A stretch of DNA of 59,440 bases, the filler included, from Basidiobolus ranarum (lineage: Eukaryota): NCBI GenBank assembly GCA_040143965.1. It is 4 parts of 4 records of this genome, joined end to end, with 100 filler letters (N's around TTAATTAATTAA, not from the genome) between each part and the next. Parts side by side here need not be neighbours in the genome. Positions count along the whole stretch, not along the records: positions 44,689 to 59,440 come from JASJQH010000413.1; 3 more parts are not named here. One strand, 5' to 3'. This document shows positions 50,701 through 59,440 of the stretch, in pieces; within the stretch, counting starts at the first letter, position 1, and every line of letters begins with the position of its first letter. Under the pieces are notes generated by a model. It was not told where the DNA came from. It worked only from the letters and a program-made list of their open reading frames with translations, and searched no databases. A program made the position numbers and the translations under genes.

Positions 50701-53116
50701 CTGTGTCCTTCATAAAAGGAGAAACTGTCTAAAAACCTGTGCAAAAGCTGCGAATCATAAGGATGAGGAGCACAAATGTCAATCAAGTGTACACTTTTGT
50801 GGCCAGGTAAGCCATTTATATATCCCTACTATCTTAGTAGCACCATTATTGACCTTGTACTGTGATAAAACGTAGCCGTGTTCTCTGCAAGGGGTAATCC
50901 AACATGACTCCACGGTTTTCAACTGTAATAATCTTTGTATCATTCCTTGCGAAACGCCCCATGATACTCATAAGTGTGAAAACCAATCATCATGCCCGCT
51001 TACATGCCCACTTGGCTGCAATCTCACTTGCAAGAGTCGGGATCACTTCCATGCTCTTACTGAAGATGCACATCATTTTTGCGGGTAAACTTCTGGATGA
51101 GAAACTTGAATTTTAGCGAAGAAATATGCTCTAATACAGTGAAATTATTTGCGCAGGAACGAACACTCTTGTCCTGAGTTGTGCGAGGTCAATGGCATTT
51201 GTGAAATCAAACTAGAACCTCAGGTTGCAGAGGAGATGTACTCCAACAAGCATGGAAGCTTCATGTATACCAAGGTACACAGTAGTAGAGTAACTTGAAG
51301 ATATGATTCATAATGATTCTTATAACTTCTCAACTGTTAGTACACTCAAATTGCGCATAAGCTGAGGTGCTGCAAGAAAATCCCGCCAAATAGTTACACA
51401 CATCGTGGTATTCATCAGCACACCGTAGATACAAAACTCTTTCATCATTGCCATAAAAAAGTAAGATGATCTATTACGATGACATGTGATGCATTTTTAC
51501 TGACATTGGTTTACATTAGTGTCCTAATTGTGAATATTTCTGCACACTTCCAATCGGACATCCACAAAAGCTTCATGAAACCTCTCATGGAAATATGATC
51601 AACACTAGGTTTTCTGCTGTTGACAATGAATTTGAACTTCAATCCCATACATTCAATGTGGGCGATAGTGGATCGTGCTTCCTTTGTAACATGGTAAGCA
51701 GCTCTTTTGAATGAATAAGGGATCTGTCAATACTAAGCGATGTTCTATAGTACTGTCAAGAGTTGGGTCCACACACTCATATCGAATATTGCGAGATAGG
51801 ACCCTCACATTCTACAATCGCCGTCGATAAAGAACGACAGCACGTCCAAGGTCAGCTCAAGCCCTTCCCTGATCGCCCCAAAGATTTTATCACCCACAAG
51901 CTTTTCTGGGAAAGAACAGGATTTAAAGGTATCTTGGGATTAATAGTAGGCACTTAGTACGATACTAAGCATTAATAACATGTATACATTTAGATCCCTA
52001 CGGAAAAGAGAAGCAAGACTTATTCGGTAGATGTGACGCCTTTTGCCCAGATGAAAAACATAAAGACAAGAACTCTAATCGTTCATATTGCACACTTCGA
52101 ATGTTCCATGCTCCACTAACCTCTCAGGGTGGCTCTTTGCAGGGAACACAAGGATATATCTCTAGTATGGTTTATCGAAGTGTTTACATCTAAAATTTCT
52201 TTGTTCTAACTTCGTGACATTTTGCATAGACGATGGACATTTCTTTGAATGTGCCAATCCTACAGTAGATAAATCGAAATATCACATCATCTTCTGTTTA
52301 GATACCTCATCCTCCATGTTGAGCTATGACTTTAGGCCTATTGTTGGCTCGCCGTTACATAGAAGACTGCAGTCAGGCTATGATAATCGATTTGGTGCAG
52401 TTCTTGATGCTACATATCGATTCCTCCAGTCTAGACAGAGTACCTGGTCCAATGAGCCAGATGGACGAGATGCAGTCTCTGTGGTGCTGTTTAGTACTTC
52501 AGCCAGTGTGCATTTACAAAATGATACAAACTTGGATGCCATGGAAATAATTGAAAGTATATTAAGTTCGAAAATATCCCACCATGGTACTGATTATGAT
52601 AGTGCAATGATGACTGCCAGTCGGTTGATTCAATCGAACTGGGACCCGAAAATGTCGGTATGATTTCAGCGTTATTTCATTGACTCACACCTAACCATCA
52701 TTTACCACTAGGCCAGCAGTTATAATCTTTCTCTCAGATGGCGAATGTGGATATGATCGTGAATTGCATACAAATATCTTTGAGAATCATGCATCGAAGG
52801 GGTAATATACATAAGAACATGTTCATTAGATTCCCATTAACTCTGACTCTATATTAGACAAGCTACTGGATTTTTCTCCATCTTGTTCTCGCCTACTGAG
52901 AACTATAGCTCATCTTTGAAGGAGATGGCTCAAATTGCCAAAGCCCAATACCGCACTATGCTAAAGCAGAAGTCAAGCAACTCCATACTTAGTCACGATG
53001 AGGACAAGATACCATGTGGCTATCATACAGCCATAAATGAGGTAGACTTGAGCCAACATTTCTTGCAACTGGCCAAAAGTTTACGAGAACAGCACCCTTC
53101 GCTCATGCGAAACTGA
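44800..53116 (+). CDS. Giant (>2000 aa) protein: N-terminal region, GBP/VLIG-type GTPase, Cys/His-rich Zn-finger array, C-terminal vWA domain; 5' end probably in gap
   Basis: G1 GSQSLGKS, G2 RCTEG, G3 DFEG, GBP-type RD (VIRDV); repeated H-x-C / CGxxC units at ~50480-52250; v[25 protein letters not shown] introns join the ORF-track fragments; upstream exon 44800-44836 splices in frame. Confidence 0.85.
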
Positions 53117-53408
53117 TCAATATCGTCAGCTATGCTCAGATGAAAATGAAGAAGTTTCCAGCTCATTATGTATTAATCTCAATCATATATGAGTTCTTAC
53201 CGGGTAATAAAATGAAAAACAAATCTCAAGATGCACAGGTCTAGGACTGTATAGACTAGGTTTCCATTCACGATTGTTTGAAAAGAGAGAGCAAAAGGCC
53301 ATTATTTTACTTCAATGTAAAACATACCCCAGCAATAAGTATATACAGCATCACCATGGTTGGATGAATGGCAGGAGGTTTAAGGGGCGGGAGAGAAATA
53401 TACAAAAT

Positions 53409-54380
53409 TTAGTGTAGTAGAATCTGATCTGGATCTATAACCTTATCAAGAAAAAAATCATATTCATCTAGCAACATTAGAACCACGACTATCCCATCGC
53501 TTGAATAGCAAATACCAGCTTTCATATTCAACTCTCCCAAGGGTGAGAGAAATGTAAACTCAATCTGACTGACTAACGAGTGAAACTTCCCTGTCTTTAT
53601 GGTTCTCACCTCCTCCTCCACCAAATCAAGCTCACTCTTCTCAACATAGCTATAGAACGAAGTCCCCAAAAGAGTTTTCGCGCGTATCCCTAAGGTTTTA
53701 TCCGTATCTCCCACACAATAAATGATGTGACAGTAGTCGGAAAAATGATCCAGAATAAATCCCACGCGGGGTTGTTTTGGTGGATACGGGGGTATAGTGG
53801 CTGCTATAGTATGGTACACATTTCCCTTTATCTTGGTTATCCCTTCTGGACCCTACAAGTGCGCAACATATTTAGCTAAAGTGCACAAAGGGTAAAGCAA
53901 TAGATTTCAACTTCACCCAGATATAAATATCTTCATGGTCAACCCAGATGACAGTTTCCGCCATGCAGGTACTTTCTTAAAAAATAGCAAAATTCAATAT
54001 TAGTGAAAAGGTAAGAGAATTACTGTTCAGAAAAACCCACCAATTAATAAATCATCTTCGAAATCACTTTCTGTAAGTTTTCTACTAACACAAAAGTGTA
54101 AATCTTCACAACAGAAGAATATGGTTTGTAATAGAATATCTCCTTTCGCCGTTCGGATATTATTATACAAGATCGTACCAAATGCTTGAAGATCCGATAA
54201 GCATTGTAAGGAAGTATACCACGCAGCTTTATTTGGAAAAGCCAGAGTAATTTTTTTATCAACCAACTCATTTTCGTTATGGCCAATCACTTCACCAAAA
54301 CTTGGCGATAGATAAATGAAAGTAGGATCTTTGCCATCTTCCCCGGTGGTCGAGACAGAAATGTAGGAAAGAGTGGACAT
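53409..54380 (-). CDS. Stand-alone tandem PAS-like domain protein (2 introns)
   Basis: FIYLSPSFGEVIGHNENELVDK (PAS start); second domain PRVGFILDHFSDYCHIIYC...LLGTSFYSYV...SSDGIVVVL. Confidence 0.7.
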
Positions 54381-56916
54381 AAAAAATTCGATTGTGTGAA
54401 TGGTATTAGATGTAGTACATCTTCAATATTAACAACGTAAAGGCCTTTAGTTTAATATATATACGGTATTTTTACTCTATCCGATTTGTCCCATTTATGA
54501 CCGCTTGCAGTTTTCCTGTTCATTCCTATTGAAAGGGAAAACCGGAAAAAGCATCTTGTACGAAGAAAAAGAATTCCACACAAGAGTGCTTAATGGTTGC
54601 ACCAAATTTCTTTACTGGTGTGTAAAATTCGGTACGTCGACAATTGAACCGTTCACAGAGCACAATCTGGAATAAATTCCAAAAGTGGAGCGGTTTAGGA
54701 TATAGTTGATGTTTTAATGAAAACCAGAGTGTATCCGTATTAGCGTCAGGTTGTATCGATGAAAATACCACCATGCAAGGGGAGGCGCGTTGAATTAAAT
54801 GGGAAAGTGTATCTATTTGGGGAATATTAGCTGATGCCTATAATTGGTAGATTTACGCCCATTATTACTAGTGAGAAAATCCCTAATTTCGTATTGAATG
54901 ACGCTTGGGTGTTCGTATCACGCTTCTACCCTAGTAAGCCAATTAAAAGAGCCAGGCAGCAACCGTCTCCATACTTTAAAGATCTTGGTTTAATTACGTG
55001 GAAACCTAATGCCACCGCTAATTATTGCTCCAATCTAAATGGATGCACGTGAAGATTCAATACATATTGATGAATCAATACTTTGTGAAGTGTCACCTCG
55101 ATTAGCTACATGATGGACATAATTGGGGAAGCACAACACGACATACCTGGTGAGCATTACAAGAATGCATGCGGAAAAGAGGATTTCCAGATTGTTGGGA
55201 ATCGAACTGGTACACATTGTGCCCACACTTGCTATTTCATATATCGCTTAGATACACCAACTTCCGGAGACTCCGTCGTTGCGAATGGATGATCGTGATC
55301 TTATTAGAGGTTCGCTAATTCCAAGAAAGCCACCCACTCCGAACATGGAAGAGAGCTGGTATCTCCGATTCCTCCAAACTCCGCATATATCTGGCCACTG
55401 GTTAAGTCTCACCAATTGTGGAGATGCATTCCGAGCAAGAAAGGCATCGCCACCGGAAAAAGGCAATTCTATCTATTCCTAAAAAGTAGCCGAATTGCCA
55501 AAATCACTGGTCTGGCACGTAGCTAAAGAGTGGTCACAATGAGATAGGGGCTAGAGCCAGGGGCTGTAGGATCCGAACTCTTCCAAATCAGTGCAGAGTA
55601 TACTAGCACAAACAGGGCCATTGGTATTCTGTTGAACTCGAAAGTAAAACAGTGATTCATGGGGCGATATATTGGAATCCTTCTGATTTACAACCAACCG
55701 ATGACTCACCGTTCTGAAGTGAGCAATCAATCAGTTTTACTTTACAATGTATCTGAATCAAGAAGGGTTGTTTGGTATTTATATCTATCAAAAGCAGGAT
55801 ATTCCCAATGCTGCTTTGCTTCAAGCGGAGGTAGATGCGTTCATTTAGCGGCATCCCTTGATTGGTGTAGCTCTGTGTGACTTTTGCAGACATTGGTAGC
55901 AGGGTGACACTTCGCAAACACCCAAGATAGCCCGCATCAAGATTTGCTGTTAAGATTTCTATTTGCCGCTTTCCATGTACTATATAGACACCATTAGCAT
56001 CAATAGCAGGCCGCTGGAGTGCCAAGTTGATGAATTCCTAAGTTGGGACACCTGGAGCTACCAATATGGTTCTGGCTTAACCTGGAAGGTTTTAGTAGGA
56101 CGTGATGTATGGGCAGAACCGGTACTCACGGTCTACAGACTGCCATTTACATGCGTAGAAGGATCGTACTGCAGTGACCTTGTTTTATGTTTCATTATGT
56201 TGATTTTCGTATCTAGTTAGAGGCTAAAGTGGATCCAAACCAATCCACAACAAGATTATTCTAACTGGCCTCATTCCAGAAATTATCTGACTATTTGTGG
56301 CATCTTAGTTTCATTCAAGGAATATAGAGGTTACCTTGCGTTACCTGTGACTCCCCAGAAACTGAATATTGATGGGTCATCTAGTTGTAACGTTTAATAA
56401 TAGTTTTGGATTACTCTAACCTGATAGGACCATGCCATAGATCACATGCCGATTACTCTGGGCTTGACAAAATGCCCCACGGCTACAACAATGGAGCTTC
56501 ATGGTGTTGTTCCAGGCTCATGTAATAATGGGCAGTGGATAGGGGGACATACGATGAGGACATTAACTACTTTATCTTGCTGAATTTATTCTGGTCATTC
56601 TCAATGGACAAGGTCTTTGTAATGCCGTAATAATGCATCGGTGAATGAAGTAGCCGTGTATAGGTGATATTTAGGATAGCTACTATGCTGATACAGCCTA
56701 TGATTGCAAGAAGATTTGTACATGTTTACGAATAGAGTTGTATGGATTTCCGGTGCCTATTTGAAATTCAAATGAAAGAGAAGATAAGCAGGAGGCCACG
56801 CTCCTACTATACAGAGCACAAGAATATTCAACTACGAAATCGACTCCATATGAATTATAATTAGTTTGTTACTTAAGCCAACTACATATCTCAGAGATAA
56901 ACCTTCTTCGATAATA

Positions 56917-58122
56917 CTACAAAAATGCTAGCATGTCCTGAAGATTACCATCGATAAGACTACTGTTCATGTCCGAAGCTTTCCGTTTAACTGAGGAGAG
57001 TGGTACGAGGTTTGTGGCGTCTTCAAGACATGGCTTCATCTTCAAACGATCTTCAAGAATTCCTGATGGTATTGACCCTGTTGACGAAATTGATGAGCCT
57101 CGCATCTCTGGTGAGCAAAATAAACTAGATCGTTGTGATTCTTGTTGACATTCGTATGTTATCGGTACTACGCCTTCATTTTTCTGTTGATGCTCTGGGC
57201 TTAGGAAGTACAGTGTGTTGGATGCTGCTGATCTCTCGGATTGTATCGACTCTTTATTGCTCATATAATGGCTCATTATATGGTCCCTTGGATATGCATT
57301 ATAGCCCGAGTAGTCAGAATATTGTGAATATGATGCTGAGCAAGTAAATGTATTAAGCTCAGCTGTATTAGAGTAATTGTGTGTAAATCCATACGAGGGT
57401 TTTTCCAAATGATCCGTTCCATAGTCTGATGGGCGTCCTTTAAGAGCTACTAATAGAGTTAGAGTGGTTTGGATAAATCGATTCTACGTCTTCAACTTAC
57501 CTTCCAAGTTTAGGCTGCAATTGTAGTCTACCGAATCAACTGAGGAGCCTATCGATAAAGCATATTCTCCACCATCTGAAAGACGTGAATTATTTACCGG
57601 TGAAGTTGAAGACCGATCATGGAAATGAAAAGAAGGCGACTGATGAAAACTCAATGGAGTGCTAGGACAGTGAGGTGAATTTGAATGCTCAAAAGAACTA
57701 GAAGAAAGGCTGAATGGATTATGGACAGCCTCGTCAGAATTAAAGGTACATTCTCTCAGAAGATAACTTGACTCGACCAGGAAATTCCCTTGCTGTTCCT
57801 TCTTTAACTTTTGACGCCGGTTCTGAAACCATATTTGAACCGCACGTTGATGCATCCCAAGCTCTTTAGCGAGTGTTCTCCTAACTTCGGTTCTTGGTTT
57901 GGTTGTTTGTTCAAATACCTGCATCAACCGATTAACCTGTTGCGGGTTGAGACGATTTCGACGTTTGATTTCTCGGTCAGTGTCTTCCATTTGGAATTTC
58001 ATCGATTCCTTAGAATTCCTATTTTTTATACTATCAATGGTCTTGATTTCGCTGGCGGTGTCAATGCTCAACTGTGGGTTATCCAAGAGAAACTCGGGAA
58101 GGTGGTGATTGAATTTCGTCAT
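56917..58122 (-). CDS. Homeodomain transcription factor (Q50), 1 intron
   Basis: KRRNRLNPQQVNRLMQVFEQTTKPRTEVRRTLAKELGMHQRAVQIWFQNRRQKLKK followed by a Ser-rich tail. Confidence 0.92.
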
Positions 58123-59440
58123 TCAAGAGAGACTTGGGAAGAGGACTGAAGAAGAAGTTAATTTCGTGCTAAGTACCATTCTTTGGATTATATACTGAGG
58201 GGCAGTCTATTCACCAAATACGCAGCTCTCCTGATGATCCAGTCCGCATATTCTAAAGTGCAGATGTATACAATATGAAGAAGCACTGATAAATCGATCA
58301 AAGTATGGCTGATCGATCGAATCTCCAGTGCTGGCTCTCTGCATCATCATATTTGAAAGTGACCTACAAATTGAATGATCGGGCAATCATTCATCATCTG
58401 CTCCGATGATCTTTAACGCATTCTTGAAATGTGCCTGAACCTAATATGAGGCGACTGTAGGATTCCCTCAACGTGGTCACATAATAGATTTAAGCTCCAT
58501 GAATGAGATGTATCTGAAGATTCAATGCAAAGCCATAAATGATAATCTTTGAGTGACTCTGAAGGCTGTGATTTCGCCACTTGAAGGTGTGCTTTTCAAT
58601 AAACCAAGTATTGGTACCATCTTCATGTATGAATTGCGGCGGCAGTAAGTCTGGGCTACTTTATCAAATGAATTGAATCGAGTCCGCTACTCGTCCGAGC
58701 ACACATCCCCTAAACCATCAGCACCCTCCACTCGAAAATGGATTGGACTAGGTTCTAATCTAAGATCATGGGTGCAATTGAATCTAAGATTTTTATGTTT
58801 ATTCGTATATACCATTTACTCACAAAACAATACCCTGCTCCCATTGGATTTAGCCAACATCACCCATTTCTAGCCTCTCATCGAGATTTGCCCCTTAAGC
58901 ATGCATCAGCCAGATATTACATTGCCTTCTAATCAGCCCCTCTCCCCCTGCGATTACCGACAATGTATAGCTAGACGCTTCTTCATAGGGATGATTATGA
59001 ACGAAGCCGTGTCTATCAACCTACCTGCCGATGAGTTCTCTAACTGCGAGTATCGGCTATTAGGCTAAGAAAGTCCAGAGTTAGACAGGGAACGATCAAC
59101 TCGAATATGCACTTCCATGTTTGATATGAAAAGGTGACGAGAACTGATTGTCTCAAGGGAAATGCAAAGATGACAAATTTAAAGGATGAACGTACAAATC
59201 TCGGAGCATTCCATAACCGACAGTATATGATGTCAGTTCTCCCTTATACCATACTGTAGTGTAAAAAAAGACTACACGATACTTCAAAGTGACCAATCAT
59301 TCGAAACATTCCATTCTTCACAAGGTCTATTTTTCACTAGCTTTCCTAAACATGCCCATTTCTCCATGGTTTTCTTCTCCTTTTCTCACCGAACAAGCCT
59401 TGACTGTGGTTCGTGGATTTCTCATTCCAATGCATACATA

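Noticed and set aside
54500-56800. Cluster of 60-120 aa ORFs in intergenic DNA
   Set aside because: No domain motifs, no consistent strand or splice pattern; cannot support a gene or transposon call
1-59440. CRISPR arrays, tRNA/rRNA genes, U12-type introns
   Set aside because: No repeat-spacer arrays, no cloverleaf or rRNA signatures, and no RTATCCTT donor at an exon boundary seen by eye

Overview
Eukaryotic genomic DNA from a draft assembly: AT-rich, with short GT-AG introns and three 100-nt N gaps that each carry a TTAATTAATTAA linker. The gene content points to an early-diverging fungus (Zoopagomycota/Mucoromycota-like; this is an inference). Fungal-type genes (White-collar-1-like photoreceptor, AA11 LPMO, Ssh4-like SPRY protein, MET16, DUG1, MAM33, ISU1) sit beside genes of families best known from animals (FANCI, KAT14/ATAC2 acetyltransferase, IP3/ryanodine-receptor-type channel, APC16-like protein). 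About 21 protein genes were reconstructed by manual splicing. The most notable items are: (1) a >8 kb multi-exon gene joining a GBP/VLIG-type GTPase, a long Cys/His zinc-finger array and a MIDAS-bearing vWA domain, a candidate immune or non-self sensor; (2) an unannotated, strand-specific, highly base-paired ~330-460 nt ncRNA candidate head-to-head with MAM33; (3) an IP3R homologue lacking most IP3-binding residues; (4) short tandem duplications joined by telomere-like TTAGGG filler; (5) a CpG-poor foldback repeat family. All identifications come from motif recognition; no database search was run.
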